A stretch of DNA of 64,000 nt from Squalus acanthias (lineage: Eukaryota). The position numbers were made by a program, and so were the translations under genes. Positions 11,887 through 22,041 of the stretch are shown here, piece after piece. The stretch lies in assembly GCA_030390025.1 (NCBI GenBank), contig CM059432.1, positions 46,006,001-46,070,000 on the forward strand, given 5' to 3'. The notes below the pieces were generated by a model. It was not told the DNA's origin. It saw nothing but the letters and a program-made list of their open reading frames with translations, and ran no database searches. Every line of letters starts with the position of its first letter. Within the stretch, counting starts at the first letter, position 1.

Positions 11887-12516
11887 ATGGGATCTTGGGC
11901 TTCATAAATAGAGGTATTGAGTACAAAAGTAGAGAAGTTATGCTGAACCTTTATAAAGCGCTGGTTAGGCCAAAACTGGAGTATTGCATCCAGTTCTGGT
12001 CACCACACTTTAGGAAGGATGTGAAGGCACTTGAGAGGGTGCAGAGGAGATTTACCAGAATGGTTTCCGGGATGGGGGATCTTAGCTACAAGGACAGGTT
12101 GGAGAAGCTGGATTGTTTTCATTAGAGCAAAGGAGGTTGAGAGGTGATTTGATAGAGGTGTACAAGATTATGACATGTTTGGATAGGCTAGACAGGGAAA
12201 GGCTGTTCCCACTAGTTGATGGTACAAGGACTAGTGGACACAGATTTAAGGTTTTGGGTAAGAGATACAGAGGGGTTGAGAGGAATAACTTTTTTACACA
12301 GCGAGTGGTGAGGACCTGGAACTCGCTGCCGACGGAAGTGGTGGAAGCGGAGACATTCAATGTTTTCAAGGGGAGACTGGATAGGCACTTGAGGAAATTA
12401 AACTTGCAGGGCTATGGGGATAGAGCGCGGTAATGGGACTAACTGGATTGCTCTACAGAGAGCCGGCACAGACTCGATGGGCCGAATGGCCTCCTTCTGT
12501 GCCGTTATGACTCTAT

Positions 12517-13406
12517 GGGGGAAAAATTCAGTTGGTTTGCGCCTCCCGTTAGCACCTTAAGAGGGCGCTAACAGGGCGCCAAGCAACTAGCGCCCGTGGG
12601 CGGCGATGTTTGCGCCACTCACAAAATTAACTAGACATTTTGCGGCGGCGCTAAACACTACCGCCACGATCTTCTGCACCGGTAGATCGTGATGTCAGTC
12701 GAGTGTGCAAAGCCCCGGTAGCACCCCGGACTGGATATTGAGTGGCGCCCCCCGCCTCACTGCCTGCCGCTAGCAACGACAGGTTGAGGGGAGCGTTTTG
12801 CAGTCAGGAAGGGACTGGGGGAGCGCTATTTAAAGGCGACCGCTTCCTGCCTTTTTTTGTTGGTGACATTTTTGCACCACGCATTCTGAGAGAGAGAGAG
12901 ACTTCTGGAGAGATTCAACGCTGTGTGAAGTAGTTTTGGGTACTAAGCAGCACTTTGCAGGTTCATTTTGATTTGCCCTTCCTTGTATCGATTTAGAAGA
13001 GCCTGTGGGGGCTACACTCTGAGCTCTTTCCCTGGTACTCTCCATTGTTCTTTCCAGCAGATTTCATGTACAGGTCTCTCCAGGCCGAGATTCAAGGCAG
13101 CAATGAGCAGGATGTGGATGGAAAGCAAGATCAACCCTCCCCTTTAAGAACTGGCCCGTGCCATTGTGTGTGTGTTCCATTGCTGACTGACATCACATGA
13201 GCTTCGCCAGCGCTATGAGGTAGCGCCTCGCTCCTCGGCCTTTGCGCCTTAAGACAGGTGTGAAGCGCCTGATTTAGCGCTCCAATCACCTCCAGGGGCG
13301 ATAAAAGCCAAGTTTGCAGTTGGAGGCGATAATTAGCGCCAGGCATTAAACTTTGCGCCCGGCCGATAATCGCGCCCCAAACGGGGTGATACTGAATTTT
13401 TCCCCT
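12517..13406. mobile_element. Non-autonomous Harbinger deletion derivative (890 bp)
   Basis: Terminal inverted repeats (TIRs) GGGGGAAAAATTCAG / CTGAATTTTTCCCCT; TSD TAT. Both halves resemble the ends of 16305-20559. Confidence 0.93.
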
Positions 13407-13887
13407 TATGACTCTATGACACTACTCAAATAAAATGTACAGGAACCAGTACAAAAGCAAAAATCAAAACTTAGCTCAAAGTTGCGTGTGTCCCTTTAAG
13501 TAGTGCTGATGGGGGTTTCGCCGTACAGTTGAACGCACGTTCAATTGTGCCTGCTTTGGAGAGGACATTGAGTGGAGCGGCGACGCCCAAACTAGCAGGT
13601 CATGCATCAATTCGGCGTTCCATGCTGATTACCGTCACGATCTGCCTCATTACCAATTTTCCAGCGAACGCAGGCAACGGCCTTCTGCCGACCTCCCCAA
13701 AATGGTGGCTTTCGCAAACCGCACTGGAAGTGGGTGGAAGTGAGGTGGCCACCATTTTTTGACAAAACCGGCTTTAACAGCCGGCGGTAAGAGGTGCAAT
13801 TTTGCAGCCAATACCTGTATTTAACCCAGGTATCTGACCCAGGTAACTATCCATCAGCTTAACATCAATAACAAGTAAAATAAAACA

Positions 13888-14062
13888 TTGAGTATATTCA
13901 AGGCTGAGATGCATAGATTTTGGACTCTAGGGGAATCAAGGGATATGGAGATCGGGTGGGAAAGTAGAGTTGAGGTTGAAGATCAGCCATGATCTTATTG
14001 AATGAAGCAACAGGCTCGAGGGGCCGTATGGCTTACTCCTGCTCCTAATTCTTATGTTCTTA
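13888..14062 (+). mobile_element. CR1 3' end fragment
   Basis: ATTCAAGGCTGAGAT...GATCAGCCATGATCTTATTGAAT...CTCCTGCTCCTAATTCTTATGTTCTTA, the same 3' UTR as at 36480-36582 and 53822-53920. Confidence 0.85.
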
Positions 14063-14119
14063 ATGGAAACTATATAAGGAGTAAGCTTAAGGAGACTGGT
14101 GCTAGCAATAACTAAATAA

Positions 14120-14219
14120 AAACATGATGTGAGATGCCGACGAAGGAGCAGCGCTCCGAAAGCTTGTGATTTCAAATAAAGCTGTTGGACTATAACCTGG
14201 TGTTGTGCGACTTCTCACA
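14120..14219 (+). mobile_element. Penelope-like element 3' remnant (hammerhead core plus tail)
   Basis: 14137-14218 closely matches 46378-46464. Flanked by a TAAATAA direct repeat (14113-14119, 14220-14226). Confidence 0.8.
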
Positions 14220-14323
14220 TAAATAATAACAGGCAGCATGGAATTAGAAGAGGAAGATTCAGTCTGACAATCCTTCTTGTTCTTTCTGAAATCTCACCAA
14301 TAAAGTAAGCAGTGGAAGTCTTT

Positions 14324-15216
14324 GGGGGAAAAATTCAGTTGGTTGCGCCTCACGTTAGCGCCTTAAGAGGGCGCTAATGGGGCGCAAAGCATCCAGCGCC
14401 CAGGCGCGGCGAAGTTTGCGCCGCTCGCGAAATTAACTAGACATTTTGCGGCGGCGCTAAACACTACCGCCACGATCTCCTGCGCCGGCAGATCGTGACG
14501 TCAGACGAGTGCGCAACGCCCCGGTATCGCCCCGGAGCGGATATTGAGTGGCGCCCCCTGCCTTACCGCCTGACGCTAGCAACGACAGGTTGATAGGAGC
14601 GTTCTGCAGTCATGAAGGGAAAGGGGGAGCGCTATTTAAAGGTGACCGCTTCCTGCCTTTTATTGTTGGTGCCATTTTTGAACTACGCATTCTGAGAGAG
14701 AGTGAGAGAGACTTCTGGAGAGATTCAACGTTGTGTGAAGGAGTTTTGGGTACTGAGCAGCACTTTGAAGGTTCATTTTGATTTGCCATTCCTTGTATCG
14801 ATTTAGAAGAGACTGTGGGGGATGCACTCTGAGCTCTTTGCCTGGTACTCTCCATTGTTCTTTCCAGCAGATTTGATGTGCAGGTCTCTCCAGGCCGAGA
14901 TTCAAGGCTGCAATGAGCAGGATGTGGATGGAAAGCAAGATCAACCATCCCCTTTAAGAACTGACCCGTGCCATTGTGTGTGTGTTCCATTGCTGACTGA
15001 CATTACATGAGCTTCGCCAGCGCTCTGAGGTAGTGCCTCGCTCCTCGGCCTTTGCGCCTTAAGACAGGTGTGAAGCGCCTGATTTAGCACTCCAATCACC
15101 TCCAGGGGAGATAAAAGTCAAGTTTGCAGTCGCTGGCGATAATTAACGCCAGGCGCTAATCTTTGCGCCCGGCCGATAATTGCGCCCCAAATGGGGTGAT
15201 ACTGAATTTCTCCCCC
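14324..15216. mobile_element. Non-autonomous Harbinger deletion derivative (893 bp), sister copy of 12517-13406
   Basis: TIRs GGGGGAAAAATTCAG / CTGAATTTCTCCCCC; TSD TTT. Colinear with 12517-13406. Confidence 0.93.
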
Positions 15217-15607
15217 TTTATGTTTTAGTTTTTCTAAACTTTCAAAACCGTTTGATAAAGTTCCATATGAAAGCCATTGAATATGTGGAGGACCTACCTT
15301 CAAGGAGGTGATTTGGAATGCAATGGACCAATGTGCATCCTAACAAAGCAAAGGTGCCAAGCTTAAAGGCACTCCTGCCTAGTTGAACCGAACTACCAAG
15401 CATCCCATAAAGAAGAAAGAAAAAAGCACTTAAGCTCATGATGGAAAATGGAACCGAATTATGATTGTCTCAATACCAAAAGACATGCCAGAAGTGTAAA
15501 AAAGGCATCAGAATAGAAAACAAAAATTTTGAACTGAATATGGTAAGAGAAATGAAGGACAATAATAAAAAGTTTTGCATGAATGCACCGTGCTTTAAAA
15601 CACAGTC

Positions 15608-16302
15608 GGCCTGGAGTTTCCACTCGATTGTGCTAGTTTTTTCAGTGCAATTCATCCGATATCGGCGTAACTTTTAAGCGCAAATTATGTTCAGTGCAAC
15701 TCAAGTTTCCGCGATCTTTGTGCTAGTTTTAACAACATCGCACTAGAAGCAGGCCCTGCCCACAGAACTGACCACGTCTCCAGGATGAATTAATCACCAT
15801 TGGGAGTTTCCGCTAATTGCGCTCGTTTGCAGGCCTTCAAGGAGGCTCCAAAAATTAAGCTGGATCTTTTGGGTGCAAGGACACTAATAGGTATGTTCTG
15901 AATGTTTTTTTTAATTAACTAAGAAATTGACTGCTGTACCCCATTCTAACCTGAAAATAGCTTTGAATATCTTTTAAAAGTCATTTTCAGTCATTTAAAA
16001 TTGGGTTACTCACAGGTGATGGATTGACACTGTGAGTTAAAATGCTTATTTTTTGTGATAAACCTATTTTCAGCTGGATTAATCAAACTTTACCAAGTTA
16101 CCACTCTTAAATATATCAAGGAACATTTTTCTAAGCAAAATTTAAAAAAAACATGTTTTAAAATGCTGCCGGATTGTGCTGGTTTTGTGTTGTACGATAT
16201 GCAAATGAGTTTGAGCGGAAACTCGGGGCGAAAAGACACTTTTCAAAAAGGGCGCAATTTGCGGCGGAATTCCCAATTACACCCAAAGCGGGAACTCTAC
16301 CT
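15608..16302. mobile_element. MITE (AT-rich core), same family as 50280-51028
   Basis: Ends GGCCTGGAGTTTCC / GGAACTCTACC. Internal colinearity with 50280-51028 (e.g. GGGTTACTCACAGGTG, AAAATGCTTATTTTTTGTGATAAACC). Confidence 0.8.
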
Positions 16303-16663
16303 AAGGGGTAGAAATTAGGTCGCGCCCCATTTGGGGCGCAAATATCGTCCGGGCGCAAATATTAGCGCCTGGCGCTAATTATCGGCACTGACAGGAAACT
16401 TCACTTTTACCGCCCCGGGAGGTGAGTGGAGCGCTAAATTAGGCGCTGCACACCTCTCTTAAGGCGCAAAGGCCAAGGAGTGAGGCGCTAACTCAGCGCA
16501 CGAGCGCAGCACAGCTGCTGCCAGTTAGCGAGGGAACACAGACACAATGGTGCCGGACACTTCTTAAAGCGGGGGGGGGGCCACTTGCTCCCCAGCCACA
16601 CCCTGCTCATTGCAGCCTTGAATCTCAGCCTGGAGAGACCTGTAATCCATTTTGCTGCCAAGC

Positions 16664-18593
16664 ATGGAGAGGGTGAGAGAACGCGCTCATCGCTTCACCG
16701 AGCGGGTCTTGGATGCTCTGGTTGACGCAGTGGAGCGCAGACGATGCATGCTGTTCCCGGAGAGTGGCAGGAGGCCTTTGCCACGCGAGTTCAGAAGAGT
16801 GTGGAGGGAGGTGGCTCAGAGCGTCTCCTCCAGGAGCATGGTGCCCAGGACCCATGTTCAATGCCGCAAAAAGTTCAACGACCTCACTCGGGTCGTCAGG
16901 GTGAGTGGCTTTTTCTCAATACCTCTCCATCCCTCCATCTCAACCTCACTCTATGGCCAGAGGGTCTTAAAACCCCAATGCACAACACTCATCCAACACC
17001 TATGGCCCTTTCATCAAACACACACACACATTCCACACTTTGCATACAGTAAGGGCTATTCACCTATGGGAGGCACATCAGGCAAGACCATGGCTGCATA
17101 CAGTAAGGGCTATTCACCTATGGGAGGCACATCAGGCAAGACCATGGCTGCATACAGTAAGGGCTATTCACCTATGGGAGGCACATCAGGCAAGACCATG
17201 GCTGTATACAGTAAGGGCTATTCACCTATGGGAGGCACATCAGGCAAGACCATGGCTGTATATTTACTCAGATGCTGTCCTTTTTCTTGCAGGCTAAGCT
17301 GGCTCATAATCGGAGACAGCAGCAACGGACGGGTGGAGGGCGGCTTCAGCTGCAACCCCTCAGCGATCTGGAGGAGCGCGTCCACAGGATTGTGGCAAGC
17401 CGGGTGATCGGTCCCGTCGCCACTGGAGACGCCGACCCCGTTGTGCACAGCAATGGTAAGGTCATCACCTTTTTGTCCTCTGTCCTTCCACTTGTCCCTC
17501 ACAATACCAGCCTTTGACACTTTCAATCCAACTTGCTAACTCGCTGCACTTATTCCTCCCTTACTGCCACCCTGTCCTCACGCTAAAGCCACTCTTGTAC
17601 CTCCCTGCTTTCAGATGGTGATTCACCAGCTGAGGAGACGGGCCCTGAAGCTGCCACTGGGAGTGATGCTGCAGCTGAGGAGGAAGAGGAAGCCGGAGCA
17701 TCAGTGCCACCCTCTCCCGAGGAAGCCCATGCCCACACTGGGAACACGCCTTCCCCGGAGGGGAGCAGGGGGGAAGGGGCTGATGATGGTGAAGCTCCAG
17801 GACCCAGCGGGCTGCAGCAACGCCATGGGGGGGGAGGGAAGAACGGGAGCCTTCTCCCCAGAGGGAGAGTATGCCAGACACTCCTACTGCAATGGACGCA
17901 GAGGAGGAGCGGCTGATTGCAGAAATGAACAGCCAGGCGGTGGGCATGCACACTGAGCTCATGGGTGCAGTGGGAAGGGTGCCCGAATGCATTGAGTCAC
18001 TGGCAAGGAGTGTGGAGCACTTCGCTGTAGCACAGGCGGATGCCAGACTGAAGCTTAGTGCTGCAATTCAGTCACTGGCTGCCAGGAACCCATCTGAGAC
18101 TGCTCTCATGCAGACTCAGATTGAGGCCACGCGAGCACTGACTGCTGCCATCCTCGATGGTTCGTGCACATGTCCCCGGGGCTGTCACCGCGCCGCAGCA
18201 GGCCAGCAATCTGTTCTCCGGCAAATTGCTCCGGATGCTGAAGTGCTGCCCCGTGGGAGTGCCAGTGTGTCGGGCGAGCAGGGAGTTGCTGTCCTCTCTC
18301 ACGATGACAGCATTCCTGCTGCCAACACTGTCACTTCTCCACTGCACTTGCCACCGCCTGTAGGACAGACTGCTGCCGCCCATGCAGAGTTGGTGCAGTC
18401 TGCAGCCGGGCCCTCCAGGCCCAGAAGTGGTCGAGGCCGTCCTTCAGGGGCATCTGCAGTGTCAGGGTCTGACGAGCAGCAGCCTTCCACCAGCCTTGCT
18501 GCAGCCACTGAGGTCCCATTACGGAGGAGCAGTAGGGTTAGAAGGGAGGAAGTGCGCAAGGGAAGGAGATCACCCTCGAAGGGCAAAAAGTAG
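16664..18593 (+). CDS. Harbinger Myb/SANT-like (trihelix) DNA-binding protein; exons 16664-16900, 17293-17455, 17615-18593; 1-bp deficit in the G run at 17827-17834
   Basis: RERAHRFT...WREVA...QCRKKFNDL motif. GT-AG introns (GTGAGT..TTGCAG; GTAAGG..TTTCAG). Adding one G gives a continuous 459-aa protein ending LRRSSRVRR...KGKK. Confidence 0.88.
17041..17262 (+). repeat. 54-bp minisatellite, about 4.1 copies, in intron 1 of the Myb-like gene
   Basis: Unit TGCATACAGTAAGGGCTATTCACCTATGGGAGGCACATCAGGCAAGACCATGGC at 17041, 17095, 17149 and 17203; the fourth copy has one C>T. Confidence 0.97.
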
Positions 18594-18887
18594 GAGGTGT
18601 GACAAAATGCTGGTCATTTTTTTATTAAAGGCCGAGGTTCATGGTCCAACTTTTGTTTAGTGTTTTGGACATTATCTCCAGGTTGTGAGAACCAGTTATG
18701 TTATTGACTGTTTTTTTGTGTTTATTTCTATGAGTTTGTCATGAGGAATTGACACACACAGAGTTTGTAAAATAAATAAGTTTCTGTATTCAAAATATAC
18801 ATGGCTGGTGGTTGGAATTATTGGTGCCTTGGCCGGCTTAGGGGTTGCGTGCTGGGTTGATTAGTGTTTGTAGCAATGGCAGGGGCC

Positions 18888-20048
18888 CTAGAAGCGGCTT
18901 GCTATTAGTCGTTGACGGACGGCCCTTGCAGTTTGACCATTGTGGGCCGCCCTCCCGCCTTGGTGCTGCTGATGATCATCGTCCTCGTCCTGTTCCTCCT
19001 CTTCCTCCTCCTCCTCTGGTGGTGCTACAAGGCCTGGTGGCATTGGCTGGGTCCTGAGGATTGCCATGTTGTGCAACATGCAGCACACGACTACGAAGTT
19101 CGAAACTTGCTCAGGCGAGTACTGCAGGGCTCCTCCGGAATGGTCCAGACAGCGGAACCGTTGTTTCAGCACGCCGATTGTGCGCTCAATAATGTTCCTG
19201 GTTGCTTGATGGCTTTCATTGTACCGCAGCTCAGCAGGGGTGTTTGGCGTACGGAGCGGTGTCATCAGCCAGGTGCTCAATGCGTACCCCTTGTCCCCCA
19301 GAAGCCAACCAACTGGCTGATGCGGTGCCTCGAAAAGTTCTGCCACAGTAGTCTGGCGCAGGATGAAAGCATCGTGGCAGGTGCCCGGATAGTGGGCATT
19401 GACAGCGAGTATCACCTGTCTGTGGTCACAGACCAACTGCACATTCAAGGAATGGAACCCCTTTCTGTTCCTGAATTCCTCTGCATTCTCTCGCGGAGCA
19501 CGCAAAGCCACATGCGTGCAGTCAATGGCGCCCTGCACCATGGGGAAGCCCGCTACCCTCGCAAAGCCCATAGCACGGTCACGCTGCTTGTCTGGGGTCA
19601 TAGGGAAAGAGATGAAGTCTCGTCTCCTTCTGAAGAGGGCATTGGTGACCTGCCGGATGCAGCGATGCACCGCAAACTGGGAGATATTGGCGAGGTCCCC
19701 AACAGCAACTTGGAATGAGCCAGTGGCGTAGAAGTTCAAAGCCACTGTGACCTTCACTGCCACCGACAGAGACGTCCTGGACCTCAGCTGAGGCTGCAGA
19801 TCTGGCTGCAGCAGGTGGCAGAGCTCAGTGACCACCTCCTTGCTGAATCGCAGCCTTCGCAAACACAGCTCCTCGGACATATGGATGTAGGAGAGCTGTT
19901 CACGATATACCCTGGGAGGGTAAGCTCTCCTGTACATGCGCCTGATGGCCCTCCTCCGTCTGGCCATCATTGCCACTCTCTGTCTGCGTCTCACTATCCT
20001 CCGATTCAGCTGGAGCAGGACGACGCCCCCAATCATTGCAGCCCCCAT
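18888..20048 (-). CDS. PIF/Harbinger DDE transposase (HARBI1-like family), intact 386 aa
   Basis: Uninterrupted ORF from ATG 20048. Catalytic motifs GAIDCTH, LLGDKGY and IERTIGVLKQRFRCL; also [17 protein letters not shown] and an acidic tail. Confidence 0.95.
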   Translation of the reverse strand: MGAAMIGGVVLLQLNRRIVRRRQRVAMMARRRRAIRRMYRRAYPPRVYREQLSYIHMSEELCLRRLRFSKEVVTELCHLLQPDLQPQLRSRTSLSVAVKVTVALNFYATGSFQVAVGDLANISQFAVHRCIRQVTNALFRRRRDFISFPMTPDKQRDRAMGFARVAGFPMVQGAIDCTHVALRAPRENAEEFRNRKGFHSLNVQLVCDHRQVILAVNAHYPGTCHDAFILRQTTVAELFEAPHQPVGWLLGDKGYALSTWLMTPLRTPNTPAELRYNESHQATRNIIERTIGVLKQRFRCLDHSGGALQYSPEQVSNFVVVCCMLHNMAILRTQPMPPGLVAPPEEEEEEEEQDEDDDHQQHQGGRAAHNGQTARAVRQRLIASRF

Positions 20049-21629
20049 ATTCTCTTTGCCAGAAAAGTAATGAGGTACAGCAACTAAAGTAGCAACAAAG
20101 TTAGGATGAATAGGCAAAACTACCTCACAAAGCGTTGAGTCAATGTAGAAGTCTCTCTCTCTCTCTCTCCGAATCTCTCTCTCTCTCTCAGAACGAGTGG
20201 TGCATAAATGTCGACCACAGAAAAAGACAGGAAGAGGCCCCCTTTAAATAGCGCCCCCCCCAGCCCCACACCGATTGATAACGTTCCAGTCTTCCGGTCG
20301 TTGGAAGCGCCAGGCGGTAAGGCAGGGGGCGCCACTCAATTTCCGCTCCGGGGCGCCCCAAGGGCGTTGCACCATGGAATGACGTCACAATCTGCGCGCG
20401 CAGGTGGTCGCAGCGGTAAGTTTTAGCGCCGCCGCACAATCTCAAGTTAAGTTCTCGAGCGGCGCAAACAGCGCTGCGCCCGGGCGTTAGCGGCTTAACG
20501 CCCCATTAGCGCCCTCTTAAGGCGCTAACGGGAGGCGCAACCAAGTGAATTTTTACCCCTAAATGTTTAAAATAACTCTTTTCCCAAAACCTTTCTGTGG
20601 AAAAATAGTCAAAAGATTCTGAAAGGTGGCCACATCATATCTTCAGTACCACCTCAATTAAATTTCCCACTAATATTTGGGTGGAAGCTTCTGGCATCTG
20701 GAAGGAGTGAAGCTGCAAAATCTGACAGTCATAACAATGGGTGTGGATCCGATGTAACGGCTCTCCACTCCATTTTCCATCCCTGTCCGCCAGAATAGCC
20801 CTTGAAAATCAGACAACCTTGAGATTAAAATCCTTCCTAAAACTCTGGAATCATTCAAGAGGCAATTAGACGCTGTAATGGAGGAACTGGAGGTTTCTAC
20901 CAAAGGATAGGTTTGACGGGCTGAATGGACTCTGTCATCTGTACTTGATTTTGTGATCTTTGTGATCAGAGATACTAGAGGGACACGCTTTAATGGTCAG
21001 ATGACCTTTTCTCAGTCATGACTTTTCTTATGTTATTCTGGTTTAAATATTTTAGTTGCTTTTTGGCAGATGGGAGGTTTTACCAAAATTAGTTGTGGTA
21101 TCTAAGGATTTCCTTCAGTTCTGCAGAGCCTCAATAAGTACATTTTCAGTAGATATTGCTGCAGTGGAGACTATTAACAGGTACAGTATATAGTGCTGGA
21201 TTCCTCAGGTTGAGCTATTAAAAGCAGAGACTGATGTCCGATATGAAGAATAAGTAAGTGAAGCGAATGGAGCTGTGGCATCTGGTGGTGAAATGGTCGA
21301 GGTGATGCAAGGGGTGAACACAACTAGTGAGCCAAAGCATTTTATAAAGTTCCACATGTAAGCTTCCATGAAAGATTGATGTTCCTGGAATTGATGGGAA
21401 AATAGAGAGCTAGATTGAAAACTGATTTAGTAATTGAAAGCTGAAGGTGATAATAAATTGAATTTACTCTTTCTTACTACTGGAGTTTCACATGGGTCTG
21501 GTCCAGATCTCTTGCTGTCTATACTATTCATAAATGGCATATAGATGTGTACTACTAAAGTAATATTAAAAAATCTGTTGCTTACAGCAAGTTATGTGGT
21601 CGGATGCTTAGTGCCGGCTTATCACAAAG

Positions 21630-22041
21630 ATATTCTTCTTAGAGCAGAGAAGGTTAAGAGGATATTTAATAGAGGAGTTCAAAATCATGAAGGGTTTTGA
21701 TAGAGTAAATAAGGAGAAACTGTTTCCAGCATCAGAAGGGTCAGTTACCAGAGAACATAGATTTAAGGTAATAGGCAAAAGAACCACAGACGACATGAGG
21801 AAAAAACAATTTACACAGTGAGTTATTACAATTTGAAATGCACTGCCTGAAAGCGTGGTGGAAGCAGATTCAATAATAACTTTCAAAAGGGAATTGGATA
21901 AATACTTGATGGGGGATAATTTGCAGGGTTATGGGGCAAGGGCAGGGGAATGGGACTAATTGGATAGCTCTTTCAAAGAGCCGGCACAGGCACGATGGGC
22001 CAAGTGGCCTCCTATTGTGCTATATCATTCTTTGATTCTAT
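21630..22041 (+). mobile_element. CR1 3' fragment
   Basis: Encodes FFLEQRRLRGYLIEEFKIMKGFDR and carries a CR1 3' UTR similar to 12113-12510. Confidence 0.88.

Larger units (their letters stand above)
9841..13420 (+). mobile_element. 5'-truncated CR1 LINE (ORF2 pseudogene) with two nested Harbinger MITEs
   Basis: [35 protein letters not shown] and LEYCIQFWSP motifs with stops and frameshifts. The (TATGACTC)n tail is split by the 12517 MITE. Confidence 0.93.
8180..13810. mobile_element. Decayed, internally deleted PIF/Harbinger element, interrupted by a CR1
   Basis: Myb-like gene remnants on plus (MAQQARERAPR at 8372; 160-nt exon 8747-8906, EKVVHN..TGGG). On minus, the transposase N-terminus is fused directly to its acidic C-terminus (9505-9727). 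The remaining end follows the CR1 (13423-13810, ...CAATTTTGCAGCC). Left boundary uncertain. Confidence 0.7.
16305..20559. mobile_element. Near-intact autonomous-type PIF/Harbinger DNA transposon (4255 bp)
   Basis: TIRs GGGGTAGAAATT / AATTTTTACCCC. TSD TAA (16302-16304, 20560-20562). Convergent Myb-like and transposase genes. Confidence 0.96.

Noticed and set aside
17041..17262. Regular direct repeats resembling a CRISPR array
   Set aside because: The units are head to tail with no unique spacers, there are no cas genes, and the context is a eukaryotic intron.
16652..17407. 251-aa ORF as the full Myb-like protein
   Set aside because: Homology ends at the GTGAGT donor at 16901. The rest is intron read-through; the spliced model fits four families.
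18912..19718. 268-aa ORF antisense to the transposase, with similar antisense ORFs at 59354-59980
   Set aside because: It is in codon register with the sense gene and explainable by codon bias. It has no recognisable motif and is interrupted in the sister copy.
18888..20048. Host HARBI1 gene
   Set aside because: It lies between TIRs with a TSD and a partner Myb gene, with several decayed paralogues nearby. It is a transposon ORF, not the domesticated gene.
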